Below are positions 1-14,291 of a DNA stretch of 64,000 nt, piece by piece. This stretch comes from the human T2T-CHM13v2.0 reference genome, Homo sapiens. Location: NCBI RefSeq assembly GCF_009914755.1, contig NC_060940.1; one strand, 5' to 3'. The translations under genes and the position numbers were made by a program. Under the pieces are notes generated by a model. The model was not told the origin of the DNA. It searched no databases and worked only from the letters and a program-made list of their open reading frames with translations. Position 1 is the stretch's first letter. The number at the start of each line of letters is the position of its first letter.

Positions 1-2518
1 AAAAGTTAAGTCTTTAGAGATTAATTAATAATGTGAGTATTTTCAAATAAAATAAATGCATGTCTTTATATGCTAGTTTTTACATTTTCAGTATAAACCT
101 ATATTGAACAGCACCACTTCAGACACACAAATTAGCTGTGAAACAAAATGCTATAAACCTTTAATTAGCACTTGCTGCTTTATACCCATAAAGTTAATAC
201 TTCCTCTTCTACTATATTCTCTGTAAAGGAAAATTATGGGAAATAAAATTGTGTTTTTCACTTCCGAAAATAAAAGTAGCAAAATATAGTATTGTGGCTC
301 AGTTTAAAGATAGTTATATTTTTACTTGCAAGGAAGTCAATACAAAGATCCCTTACAATAAGTATAATTTGATTCCTACCAATATTAAGCGCTATGTCTA
401 ACTTTCATAACTTGGGTACACAGAGCACTGATGACGATCAGATTGCTAAATAAGTAAGAAAGCAAGTTATTTCAGGCAAATAGCTGCATTAAGAAAATAC
501 GACAGTAAGCCAACTTGTATCCACACTCCTGAAGCTGAACAAGCATCTCAATAAATAATGTCTGTTTTCAAGCTTTATATACCCTCCCTGAAATAAATGT
601 TCTGAGCTTAAATAGACTCAAAATAGCCTTTCTCAGAAAATAAAAAAGAGACACACACAAAACACCCCCAATTTCCTCTGGTCCCTTGAAGTACCCTTGG
701 GATCCCAGTGAACAGAGATTTGCCACGCATTGCAGTGACTGCATTTGTACAATAGGTTTCTATTTTGGTGTCATTCGAGTGTTGCAGATCTTAAATCAGA
801 GAAAGAAGGAGTTACATTAGGCAAGGTAATGGCTTCCAAAAATAAGAGCATGCCCAGTTTATACAAGGCTTGCATCCACATGCTAAGTTGTAAGGAGATA
901 AATAATACCCCACTGGAACAATTAGGTAGATTCTCAGAAACACTACATACTTAATTAGGCTGCCTAAGTCCCTTACTGAGCATACATGGGGGACTTTTTA
1001 AAGCATTTAATAACCTGAGTAAATCCAAAATCAGAGGACACAAACTAATCCTTAACTCTGGCTCCAGCGATCGGCCTTTTCTTGCCTCTCTATAAATGCT
1101 TAGCGTAGCCCTTAGAATTCGGAGAGCAGGAACGCTCCAACCACCAAAGGGTTAAAGCACACGGAATAAAGTCCCCTCGATCTATATTTTTTGGGAGGCC
1201 CCTCTGTGCCAGACGCTGAGCTGGGCGATGATGACACGCGAGGGCGAGCAAGAGAGACCCTAATGGTCTTTTACAAACTTCAGCACTAGAGTTGGGAACG
1301 CAGTATAAACAAATAGAAAGGAACACGAGCCTCCATCAGCCACGGGGCACAGCAAACTGTTCCTCACTCTAGATGCAATTCCTCCTCTTCCTGTTATTTA
1401 TTCATTAGTTTTGTTTAGCACCTTTCTTTCAGCAGGCTCCTTATTTCCTCCTGTTATCCAAGCAATCACAAACAAACTACGATTTGAAAGAAAAAGAGAG
1501 GGAGGAGGGAGGAGCAGGAGGAAGGGGAAAGAAAACCACATTCAAAAGGCACAGGCCATTCAGAGCCCGGCTGTTTCTCTGAATCTCGCCCTCAGGGTGA
1601 TGTTTTCGACAAATTCGGCGCTGGGGGCTTCAGGGAGGACAGAGGACACCGGATGGTGGGGGGGAATTCCGCGCGGCCCGGGTACCAGGGCTGCGACTCT
1701 CGCCCGCCTCGCTGCTCCGAGCGACGCCCGCTGCCCTTCTGAGGTCCACCTCGCCACCTGGAACGCTCGGTCCTCGAAGTTGGCGCAGGGGGAGGTGGAG
1801 AAGGTGGAGTGACCCCAGGGTGTGGTGTGGAGGTCTCCAATCCCGATCTCCCCGAAATGCAAAACTTAGCCCCCCCAAAAAAATGAGAGGAAAGAAGCCA
1901 CTTACTCTAAGCGGGGAGGGGCGGGCACCCCGGTTCCGAGGTCCAAAGTGCCCTAACGAAAGGGCAGCAAAGGCCACCTGCGGGGTCCCACCACTTCCCC
2001 CCACTCCCCTGTCCAGGCATACTCAAAAGTTTGTTCCTTTCCGTCCGTAAGCGGCCCCGAGGCCGGCTCTGGAGTAGGTGGGGGAGGTAAGAAGGACTGG
2101 GGGTGGGGGAGGGCAAGATCATCGGACCAGGAGATCAGGGACCCCTGCGTAGCCCCCACTCAGTCCAGGGGGGCTGCGATCGTGTTTACTAATAACAGCA
2201 ACAAACAATCACACGCCAGCCCTTCTTTCAGTCCTCGGGCTCTCTTCGCTTTTTGGGGGCAGCAAAGGAGAGTCTGGCGGGGAGGTGGGAGGGAGCGGAG
2301 GGGCTGAGGAGAGCGCCGGCTGGGGGACAAAAAGCGGCGTGGGATGGGGCAGAAAGAGAAGCGGGGAGAGCTGGACAGAGACGAAGGCTCAAAGGTAGAA
2401 GAGACATGGGAGGAAAGAGGCCAAAGAAAAGTGCAGCAGGCGGTGAGCCCGAGCGCGGGGCGCGCCCAGGATGGGGAGGTGGCCCCCGCCCCCCGGCCCA
2501 CCGGCCCAGCCCGGTCAC
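1..2518 (-). other. TOX3: TOX3 intron 1 (continues beyond window start)
   Basis: Downstream of the exon-1 donor; no further TOX3-like coding sequence in the window. Confidence 0.9.
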
Positions 2519-2605
2519 CTTGCTGTAGCCGTAGTACCCCAGGCACTGCGCGAAGTCCAGGCTGGCAGGGTCCCCGGCCGCCGCGGGGTAGAACCTCACA
2601 TCCAT
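2519..2605 (-). CDS. TOX3: TOX3 first coding exon (HMG-box transcription factor), 29 codons, phase-0 donor
   Basis: ATG at 2605 gives [29 protein letters not shown], the recognisable TOX3 N-terminus (TOX-family MDVRFYP). Followed by donor AAG|GTGACC at 2518; the rest of the 125-aa ORF is intron read-through. Confidence 0.97.
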
Positions 2606-2950
2606 GCCGAAGCTGGGCCCGGGGCCGGGGGCCGGGACTGGGGTTCGCCGGGGCCGGGACCCGCCTCCTCGCCGCCGCTAGATCCACCGTCGAGGGCGCC
2701 CGGGGGTGGCGCGTGGGACTCGCGGCCGGAGGGGCGCCGGGACCCAGAGCCCGAGGAGCTCGGGAGCCGCGGCCGCCGCACACAAAGGCGCGGCCACGCG
2801 AGCCGCGGGAGAGCGGGAGGCGGCCGGGGGGACGCGCCCCGCCGGGGCACCGAGGCAGCGCTGCGCGCGGGCCGGGCGCCGGGGGCGCGGGGCGCGGCGC
2901 TGGGGCCCGGGTCGGCGAGGCGAGTTCAGGTGCGCTGGGCGAGGCTGGGA

Positions 2951-2992
2951 CGGCGGCGGCGGCGGCGGCTGGCCCCGCTCCTCCTCCTCCTC
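2951..2992 (+). repeat. (CGG)6 followed by (CTC)n in the TOX3 promoter
   Basis: cggcggcggcggcggcgg at 2951-2968; ctcctcctcctcctc at 2978-2992. Confidence 0.9.
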
Positions 2993-3595
2993 CCCGGGCG
3001 GACTGAGGAGACGAGCCGCGGAGACAAGGGGCCCGGCCCCTCCCCTCCTTCTCCCCCTCCTGCCTCAGCCGCCGGTCCCCTCCCCGCGCCGCCGCCGCTC
3101 CGCCCCTCCCACCGCGGGCAGCTGGCGCGCCGCCCGCCCCGCCGGTGCGCTCCTCGGCCCGGACCGCCTCCGGGCGCGCCCACCCCGCCCCGCCGGCCCC
3201 ATCACCCCCGCCGCGGCCGCCCCCTCTCCGGGGCCCCTCTTCTCCCTACCTCGCCCCCCTTCCCGCTCCGGTCCTCTTTGTCCCCACTGCCTCGGAGCGC
3301 TCCTCTCTCCCCTCCTTTCCTCGGCCGAAGCGGACGCCAGCCCTGCGTCCCGTGTGTCCCACCCTCCTCCTGCGCGACCACAGCTTCCCCGGGCCCCAGC
3401 ATCCCCAAGCCGTCTGCTCCCTTCCTGTCGCTTTCCTCCCCATGACCCCCTTCCTTCTTCATGGGTGCCTGTCCCCGGGCCCCTCTCCTCGACCCCGCCT
3501 TGCCTTTCGAATGTCCCCTGCGTGGACACACCTAACCCAGACGCCAACCTGCACGAGTGTCTCCCGGTAGCCGGGAGCCGGGACCCCAAGTTCAC

Positions 3596-3685
3596 CTGTA
3601 GGATTTCCCAGAAGGGGTGTTGGGGCCTGACCTTTCACAGGTAGGCAGACTTGAAGCTTCCCAGGTGAAGCCTCGTGTCGGTTCT
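3596..3685 (-). other. TOX3: Candidate upstream non-coding alternative first exon of TOX3
   Basis: Minus-strand donor TACAG|GTGAAC at 3596/3595. TOX3 is known to have a second isoform starting upstream; 5' boundary is estimated from memory. Confidence 0.4.
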
Positions 3686-6600
3686 CTTCGTATTCTCTTT
3701 GCTCTTGTTTGTATTCGAAAGGCATTTGAGTAACTGGATCTAGGCAGATCATTCACTGCTCTGGGAGAGAAAATGTCCCTATTTTCCTAAAAGGTCCTAG
3801 CTGATTAACTTCCCCACTCTACACTCACCCACCCCTCTTTATTTCTTTATCTTTCTTAAGCTCCATCTTTTTATTTAATTTTTTTTCTCATCGGCTTTAT
3901 TGCTTTGAGTTAATCTGAGAGTTTGGCCTTCAGCCTTGGCGAAGGGAAGGGGCTTTATACTAAATGGGAACGTTGTGGAGAGGCCGTGAGATCTGCGCCC
4001 TCCCCAGTTTAGTTATCTGCCAGCTACTTTAACCAGAGTGGCGACATTCTGAAATATTTCCTATGACACTCGCTAACAGTTTCATCCCCTGGTCACACCT
4101 TGCTGGCCCAGGGCCTGAGCTTTTTCAGACAAGCATGACATGGGTTTTCTTTTCATTTCTTCTGTTCTCCAGAGTAGATCGGGCTTGTGACACCTGTGTG
4201 TGTACCTTCACTCAATATTATCTTTCTGGAACGGAGCAGAAAAAAATAAACTTCAATTAGGTGAAAGTTTGTGTATTTGCTCTTCTCTTAGCAAAAACTT
4301 GGGTCAGGAGACTACTGCATGAGAGAGCAGTGTGTGTTGAGAAAAGAAACAACTGCCCACGTTGTCCCTGGGTTGACTCTGATCCCCACCCTCCCGAAAA
4401 AGCTTTGGTTTCCCCTCCCTAGTCTCCATTTAACGTTGACAACCCAGCGGTGCTCCCTAATGGCCCAGCAGGTTGCACAAATTGACAGTGAGCTGAGATA
4501 TTATCAGGACAACACCCCATTGAGCAAGTTCTTGAAACGCAGAAGTGGAGGCCCTTTCTCTGGGCCACTGGGCGCCTGTGGCCTTTCCACCAATCAGAGC
4601 TGGAGGTTGCAGTGGCCACCTGTTGTCTCGCAAGAGAACATCTTTTAAGTTTCGCTATTAGTATTTAACAATGGCCTACAGAGCAGGATCTGGCCACAGG
4701 AGAGGAGCAGTGTGATGATCTGGGGTACCAAAAAAGAATTTTTTAAAAAAAAAATTTTACAGATAGCTCTTACAAGGAGCCAAAACTCTGGAAAGCTAAG
4801 TTTTTCTTTGCACACTCACAATCCTCACCTTCTGCTCATTCTGTTTTGCATCTGAAGCAATCTGAGCTTGATTAAAGGATGAAGAAAAGTATAATCAAAG
4901 TTACAGAGACTAAACCTGAACTTGTAATCAGACTTCGAGGATCAGGAATATAAATACGCTTCGCAGTGGAAACCCGCTAGCTGCAAGAATGGGAATTGCA
5001 AGTGGGCTGATGTACTGCATTCAGCTTTGGGCGGTAGAGCCTAGAAAATGAAGCGAGAACTTTACCCCTAAGGCTCTCAGGAGTTAGGAATGCTCGGTGA
5101 CAATCCCTAACTCCTGGCCATTGTTTTGGAAAAGTCTTTCTCTTAAATTTCCCTTCCCTGTTAGGATGCAAATACCTTTGTGAAGGGAACAATACTCATC
5201 TGTCTGCATTTTATTATTTGATTTAGGATATAAGGTAAGCAAAAGATCTGAGTTTAGATTTTGATTTAGAGGGAGGGGAAGAATCCGGGTGATGAGCTGA
5301 AGATGTGTATGTTGAGGCATTTAGAATGAGAAAATCACTGGAACAGAAAAAGGGCATTGGTGAAGGCTGCTGACTTGACGATTTAGCCCAATCTCCACGC
5401 ATTTGGCAGCTATCTTTATTTATTGTTTTTTTTTTTTTTTTTTTTTGAGTACCTACCATGTGCCAGACATGATTTTAGGCACTTGTGAATGAGAAAGAGG
5501 ATTCAATTCCCGACATGACACATATAGAAGTCCTCAAAGAGGACTATGATTTTGGCTCTTGGAACACAAAATACACACGAACTCACATGCACACGTGTAT
5601 ACATGCCCTGAACCATCCCAGTCACCTGGAGATACTGTCATGGCACAGCCACTAGCTGCTGTTGAGAGAAGCGACATGAAAAACAAACTCACATACAGTG
5701 TGAAGGATGCCAGCTTCTACACCCCCATGGTATTTGTATAAGAAGGCTCAAGGGATGAGGCAGTGCATCCCTTGCTACATCATTGCTGGATCCCAAGAAC
5801 CTCAGACCATGCTTGATACATAGTTTGTTTGCAGGAAATAAATATTCATTAAAGAAAGAAAGTTTAGAAAGAACATGGGAAGGAAGAAGGAAAAAAACAC
5901 AGAATGTTTTAATAGTGTAATTTATTTGCAGGGAACCTTAAGGCAGGATTTGAGAAGAGTATATCCAGGACCTCTGATGTGAATTAGAACAATCTACTTT
6001 GGGTGGGGTGGGGGCCTTTTGCACCCTGCTGTTGTAGACCCTTCGCAGACATAAAAACTAAGATCCTATGTGGTTTCCTTTAGAACTGATCTGATTACAC
6101 TCTCCATTGCTTTCGCACTATCATCTAATTTTAAGAGTTCCAGTGGTTTTGAAGACTATCCATTAAAAACTTTAGAATAATGCTTTAAAAAATTAAATGC
6201 AATTGTAACTGTCATGGTATTTGTTATCTTAAGGGTGTCACTATTTTCAGTCTGTCAGCAGTCTTGTTTCTGAAAGCCATAGACAAAGGTTTCCTTTATA
6301 CTGGATTAGCCTTGAATTTGAAGAACCTTCTCCAAGAACATATCTTAAATATGCTTTGAATTTATGCTGAACAATGCTAACAGTTATTGATTTAGAAGGG
6401 CAGCAGAAGAATCAATTCTGCAGCCAAAATACAACTTCTGGGCATAAGAAAATTCCTTTAGGGTTTTGAGATGATTCGGATCAAAACTGTCCATCTTATT
6501 ATAATGCTTGATGTTTCTAATTAAATAGTTGATGTCATCCAAGAATCCCTTAAAAATGGGGAGAAAATACACAAACTTTACATTGTGGGAAAACTACCTT

Positions 6601-7986
6601 ACATCTTGACGGAACCTGAAAACTTTCTCTACTTTATCTGGTTTCAAATTATGCAAGAAAGTCCCCATGAGGACTTCATTAAACCTGCCAGAGTTTTATA
6701 ACCAAAAACCTCACTGGAACCCCCACTTTTACGAATCTATGAAAGTAATTTAACCCCTCTGTGTTCTGCTTGCCCAAGATCAGATGCAAATACTATTAAA
6801 CAGTATATACAGTTTAATTCTCTTGAGTTTTGGTGATGAAAAATCCTATCCAAATATTATGATCCTTGCAATACGTAATGTAACCAAATTAACGATAGCT
6901 CCAGGTGGAAATTAACAAGGCCAGGGCTACTCACGTTTCCTCTCATCTATTCCCATAGTAACAGCTAATGTATTATATTGCTAAAATATCTTATATTCAG
7001 TTTTATGTCTGAACTTGGTGTTGTGTCATAAAGCGTAGCATTCCTATCCAGACTGGATTCTTAATATGTGTATCCTCATGAAATTTAGGAGAGTTTCGTG
7101 TCTGCAAATCAACACTTCATGTGCATAGTCTAAACCACATGCAGATAAAAGCAAGTCAGAACCTACCAAGACTCTCACCATAGTGAACCTACACATGGTA
7201 TAGAGGAAGAATTCTTACCTGGGAGACCTGATGACACATTACCAGTGCAGGACCTAAAGCGAATCACCATAGAGAGATCCACACAGGAATTATAGTGTGA
7301 AAAAAAATCCCCAATCATAGACATTGTTAGCTTCAGTTTTCAGTGAATCTAAACTCTTCTAGTATGAAAATGTGAGCTATTTTGATATTTTTACTTTGGT
7401 CAAAAAAATACAGAAATCCAAAAAATACAGAAATCTGGGAAATGGGATAAAAATAAGCAAACTTTTCCTTCATGATAATAAATATATATTCAGTTGTGTA
7501 CATGAGGTTGTTTCCCATACTACTACAATTTTAGTCCTATTGGTCTCTGTATTACCAGGCACAAGAAGGGCTCTAGAAAACTAATCATTTTGTCAGTTGA
7601 CTATTACTTTTACAAAGAATAGATAACACCCATAGGTTCTGACAGATACATAGTAATTATGGAACAGTCACCTCCAACACCCTGGTAGCAAAAAACTATT
7701 AAGCCAAGAATTCATTACCACAAATATGGAATGCAGCAAGTATTTGCTTGTGACCTAAGTAGCTCTTCAATAAAGATATTTTAGAAACCAAAACACTCCA
7801 CACAATCAGGAGGTGTGCAATTTTCACTGTATTTACACTCTGCCTTAAAAAAAATTTGTATGTTGTCCTGCCTGTTTTCTGAAATATATTCTATTTCTTT
7901 TAAAGTGAAAGAATGACCTCTTTTGCAGGAACGATTTTCAGAGACAGCGTGTTTATCAAATGGTTTCTCTGCTTTCATAAAAACAA

Positions 7987-7992
7987 TTTATT
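7987..7992 (-). terminator. Polyadenylation signal AATAAA for CASC16
   Basis: tttatt on + strand, about 20 nt before the recalled transcript end. Confidence 0.7.
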
Positions 7993-8308
7993 TTCACTGA
8001 ACTCTTCACGATAAGCATCAAAGCCAGGAAGAATGTACAATGAAGTTTACAATTTCACTCCAGAAACAAATACTGGGTAGTTATTATTTTGCTTAAGTGA
8101 AAAACATTTTTTTTCCCCAAGGAGACAAAGGTAGTAATGGGGGAGGGGGTTTATACAGGAGTGAAAATCAGGAAGTCCAGACAGTCTTCAGCAGGAGGGG
8201 CCCCTGGTGTTGTCCACAAAGACCACCGGCTGAACAATGAAAGCTGAAGACCCAGTACTTTCTTCGCAAATGGGTGGGGGTCAGTCCACAGTTTTATTCT
8301 TCGCTAAG

Positions 8309-8309
8309 G
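8309..8309. other. rs3803662 site (G allele here, non-risk)
   Basis: Flank GTCCACAGTTTTATTCTTCGCTAAG[G]GACAGCTATAGAGGCATTAAGGAGAG matches the recalled SNP context. Confidence 0.85.
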
Positions 8310-11300
8310 GACAGCTATAGAGGCATTAAGGAGAGAAAATCATTAGGCAGATATAATTAAACCCTTCTATGACAGATCTATATACCATTGCACATAGATA
8401 TCTCTCATAGTTGGTGCTTTGGATGACAATCCTTTCTTTGATAAGCATCCATGTTTCTAGGCTTAATTTATATGACATGTTATTTTTTAATAACCATAGA
8501 ACAATAAAATTGTAAAAATAACCAAGAAAAGAACTAAGTCTAATAAAGATTCTGTTTCTTAAGAAATGGGAAACAATTGCATTTGATCACAGAACAGCCA
8601 AGGACTAGCAGCAAAATAATCTCTCCTAATTTACATAGATCTGTGCGTGCCAAACAGATGAGTGTTTGCTTTTCGAGTAATAGTGCAGGTGCGTATCCTG
8701 CAGTGACTAAATCTCTAACTCATCAAACTGTTTCGCCAGAATGGGACATGCCCTCTTTTTCTGGAACAGTTTCAAGTTTTCTCCCCAGCATTCCAGCCAC
8801 CTGTTTATGGAGTTCATCCTCGGGAGAAGATGCATGCAATTAGAAACAAGAAAATGAAAATAAATGACCTTGTTTGTTATTTATAACAAAGAAACTCTGC
8901 AAAATTAATGCTGTGAAGCTTGACCTCCTGACCCAGGAAAAAGAGCCACCTCATGGCTTTGTGGCCAATGGACAATAGTCTGGCAGCTCCCATTGTCCAG
9001 CCACCCTGACTTTTGGATGGTCATTAAAGCCACATATCCAAAATATTAAATGTTTTACAAGTTAGATTAGAGGATTTGCACTTTTTAAAATGCGTGTTTT
9101 AAAAACTGAGGTTAGTTAGCACAAGAGATTTTCTTTTTAAGGACAGCAGGTAAAAATCATTTAGCTTCATCTACTCCATCTATCCTGTGTCAACAACATG
9201 TTGAAGGAAAGGAAAAGATTTAAAAATTCTGAACTAGTGCTTTGGGAATTGAAGAATGGTTAAATATATAATAGAAATCAAATAGAAAGGTGGTCTTTGA
9301 AAGTGGTTCAGGGAAAACATTGTGTTTCCTCCCTGCTGAGGCCTCAGGGAGGAAAGGGGGAATTACAATGTTCTGTTACATAAATGCAGTGTGGATGGTG
9401 CCCCCTAGAGTTGTGCGATGAAATAGCATTGCTGTTTTTCCTTCCACCTCTTATCCCAACCCACACATCTAGAAGCCCAGGGCAGGAAGGAAATGAAGGT
9501 GGTAATGGAGTTTTGAAGACTCTTCAGAACTGGTGCTTGGGTGGAACATCTTGAGGTAGGATGGCGACTGAAAATGACACTCTCTGGTGTGGCTGATTCT
9601 GAAGCTGGCCTCTCCTACTGCATCTTGCCTCTTTCCCCATTTGGTCTCCTCCTTCATTCACCCACAACAAATTCCATGAGTGTCCTCTATTAGTCTAAAC
9701 CTTAGAGTAAAATCCGTGTTTGATTTTTTTCCATCCAAGTTGCTTATTTATTGGCCAATCTGCCCAGTGCTACTACATCTTTAATTGTTTTATTTTTCCC
9801 CAGGAGGAAGTAACTGTTTATTCAAGAAGGTTCTCTACTGTTCCTCAAAATGTCTTCTTCACTGTGAAATAAAGTCAGTTTCATAAGGCATGCAGATTGT
9901 CATGCAAACACCACCCTGAGCATTCTAGATCATACCTCCTCACCTTCCCTTTTCTTTCTGATCCCCTGAGGGTAGCTCATTATATGCCCCTCCCTACCCC
10001 TTCTTGGGAATGCTGCAGCCATAAATCTGGAGAGGTCATTAGAATTACGAACTCTGGTTGGTGTCTCACATACCTACAACAGCAACAACAACAACACAAT
10101 TATAGCCACTGTAGAGCCAATGTCCTGGTTAATGTTTGTGTAACTGGCCAATTCTCAGGCCCAGAGAAAGGAGTTTAAGAAAGTTTTTGCATCTCACCAG
10201 TCTAAAACTTCTTCTGCAGTCCAAAACCACATTTCAACTATTGTTTAACTGAAAGACTGAGCCCTCTTAATCTGGAACCACCAACTAAATTCCCCCTGTG
10301 TGCTTAAACACCAAGTTAGAGAGCTGTGTTCAGTGCCAGTGAGAAAAAGTAGAGTGTGATTACCCCATCTTACCCACAGCTGAAACCTGTGTCATTTATT
10401 TTTCAACAAATGCTGACTGTGCCTTTCTAACTATATGCTCCTACGTTTCCAGAAATGGGAAAAAGCATGATCCCTGTTTATACTAAACATGACAAGACAT
10501 GAGGAAAGTAGTATAATAATGAAATATTGTAATGAGTGCCATAGGAAAAGCATTCTTAGGCTAGTGTAGTCAACAAACATTTATTTACAGAAATTGTTAC
10601 AGGTAATATGTTAGTGTGCTGCTTAGAAAAGGCGGGGATCATTTATGATCAGGATAATCAGAGGAAACTTCATGGAGAAGGCATTTGAAAGTAGATAGCA
10701 TTTTGGTGAGGCAAAAGGGATGAAAAAATACACTAGTGGAGGGAGATTTTGAACACAGTTATTAGAGAGAAAATATTCCATGTGTGGTGGGAATTTTGGG
10801 TTGCATCAGCCATTTGTTGGGTAGATTAAGCTTCAGTAACAAATAACCTTTAATATCTTAGTGGGTTACCAGCACAGAGGACTATTTCTCAGCCCCGTTC
10901 CAGTCCACCACCCATCAGCTGCTGTTCATTTGCACATCTTCATCTCAGGACCAAAGCTGAAAAAGAAGCTTCTATCTGGGGCATGTGGGTCTTGTAGCAG
11001 AGGAAAAAGAGAGAGTGGAAACCCGCTACAGTTGTCAAAGCTGCTCACCTCATTCCCGCTCACTTTTCACTGGGCAAAGCAAATCAGATGGCCAAGCCCC
11101 ATGTCAATGGGGCAGAAAGTATGATCCTCCCGGAGGGACTGGTCTGGCAAAGAGTAAGGAGGAGTCCCCTATTTTGCAATAATGTAGTCGGTGCCATGGA
11201 AAGAGTGTTTTAGAGACCTACCAAAAGTTTCAGGCAGCAAGCAAAATTGTTTAGTAAAAGGAGTGAGTGAGTGTTGAGGGGAAGAGTTTGGTGAGATAAG

Positions 11301-13469
11301 ATGCCGGGAAGTGATAGGGGGAAGGAGACAGGCTGGGAAGTGAAACATTATAAAGTATTGAAGGCTGGGCAGCTGAGTTAGATTCGATGCAAAAGGATGT
11401 ATGATGGCATGAAAAAACGCAGCTGTGAGTTCTGATCTAAAGTTTGTTTTGACCCATATAGAGCAGACTCATTTAACATTTAATTAGTTTATACTGTGTG
11501 TCAGTTGTGGTGGCAGGTAGACATTTGCATAGATCTATATTTTAAATTTTGATCCTCATGACACCTCTCTGGGTTAGATAAGTATTATTCTCTTTGTTAA
11601 GCTGAAGGAGGCTCACCAAGGTTGAATGACTTGCTTAAGGACACAAAAGCAGCACACAGAACTGTGATGCAAAGTGAGGTCTTTCTACTGCATCACTGCA
11701 GGGCAAAGAAATTAAAATGTCACCTTTCTTTAGTATTGACTTGTTATTCTTTATCTTCTCCTTAAATACACAGTCTGAAAGCAAGGTTAATATGATGCTT
11801 TTTCTCATATTAATTAAAATGATGTTTATATAACTAATCCTTGCATAGTACAACTTCATAAGTGAATAAAAAAGAGACAGATCTTTAACTGAGGTATTTA
11901 TTATAAAATTTCGTGGCAGAGACAGTTACTTCTAACCAAATACAGAATGCTCTCCACTATGTATTTCCCAGTTTTTCCTGCTGTTAGGTGAGGAGCAGCT
12001 GAGGCAATAAAGAATTGGTGTGCTTCCTCCATATCTTTCTTGACCTGCTGTGGTGTCCTTGGAAGACACATGCACCAGATGGAAGAAGACAATTCATGCC
12101 TCAGAATTCACATGAGCGAAACCATGTCTTGATGGTATTGCACTACAAGATATCCAGTGTCTATTTGTTACAGCAGCATAGCCCAACCTATCCTGATTAA
12201 TACAGATCCTTCTGACTTTAATTGATACAAGGAAAGTGACCATATCTGTCTTGCACATCCTCTTATCCCTACTGCTGAATACAGGACCTCCCACATAATA
12301 TATGCTCAATAAAGTTTGATTAGTGGAAAATGAATGAATCTCAAATTGAGTCTGGCCTCTGTCTACTATTTGGTTAAACCACTTATTTACTGCTTTTAGA
12401 AACCAGTGGTTGATCAATCTTTTTGATATATCATTTCATCAGATCACTCCTCAGATTAAGACTTTATTATATATTTAATCAATTTTAAACTCCTTCCTTT
12501 GACATTCAAGGTCCCCATAATCTCACCTAGATTCCTACAACTTTACCAATTTATTGCTCTAATCCAATCTAACCTATCACTACTGGCCTGTGACCCCTGG
12601 TCACTATATTCACTGTTCTAGGGACAAACATTTAGTGTTCTTAAGCAAATCATTTCAAGTCTCTGAGCCTCAGTTTCTCATTCTGTAAAGTTGTTATTTG
12701 TAGCAAAAGACATAATGCATACAAAAGTTTAAGTTATGCAGCATTATGAAAATCCAAATTTATTTTGTACTTGTTGTTGGTATATATTAAATAAATTGAT
12801 AGATCAGAGGAGTGACATTAAAAAATGTGTTGCCATTTCAGTAGCACATTTGTCAAAATCTCCCATGACAATCTTGCATGGAATTGCTGTCTAGGGAGAA
12901 ATGGTAAAGGAAACCAGGGAGACCCTGTTGGTTATCTACTCCAAATTCATTCCCTCTTTTTTTTCTTAACTCTACCTCTATTTTATTTAAGTTCTGCCCT
13001 TCTCCTTGGGACCATATTTATCTAGGGAGGATCCTTTACAATGGCCCTATTTTCACTGCCAATGATTACTGTAGTCATGAACTCTGATGCGTTTCTGGTT
13101 GATAAGTTGTGGAAAAGAGTGTAAGAGGGCTTCTAAGAAGGGTTTCTGTGCTTTTAAAAAGAAACACTCAGAAAATATATAATAATTTCTTCTTCTGGAC
13201 AGTGTCATGTCTCGAAATGTTGCAGCCAGCTCATCAGCATGAAAGGATCTCTAGCCCGAGGTCAGAGCTGACACGCTGAGATGAGAATGGAGGGGCAGAA
13301 ACACGGAAAGAACATAGATCCTTGATGATGTCAGGAGTCACTGATTAACTAACCCTGGAGCTCCTTCTGTCCTGATTTCTAGTTATGTGAAATAACTCAT
13401 AATCTTATCTTTTGATCTAATTGAGTCCTAGTTTTCTGTTACGTGCAATGGAAAGCAGTGAAACCCTCT

Positions 13470-14291
<822 letters not shown>

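Larger units (their letters stand above)
1560..3600. promoter_or_regulatory. TOX3: CpG island / TATA-less TOX3 promoter with multiple GC boxes
   Basis: Very high GC and CpG density (core about 2430-3420), CCGCCC boxes near 3100, 3131 and 3185; overlaps exon 1. Confidence 0.93.
7967..8314 (-). ncRNA. CASC16: CASC16 terminal exon
   Basis: Minus strand: branch CTAAT (8346-8342), TTTTCTCTCCTT tract, TATAG|CTGTC acceptor (AG 8316-8315), UGUA elements near 8035-8050, then AATAAA. Confidence 0.75.

Noticed and set aside
1227-1300. Box C-like ATGATGA suggesting a snoRNA
   Set aside because: No properly spaced box D or terminal stem, and antisense to the host intron.
2160-3644. Many long overlapping ORFs (up to 324 aa) rich in Pro/Gly/Ala/Arg
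   Set aside because: Expected from stop-codon depletion in a CpG island; only the 29-codon TOX3 exon is recognisable.
9897-10178. Poly-Q ORF suggestive of the TOX3/TNRC9 glutamine tract
   Set aside because: Short (CAA)n repeat on the wrong strand and upstream of the gene; the TOX3 Q-rich region is C-terminal and outside the window.
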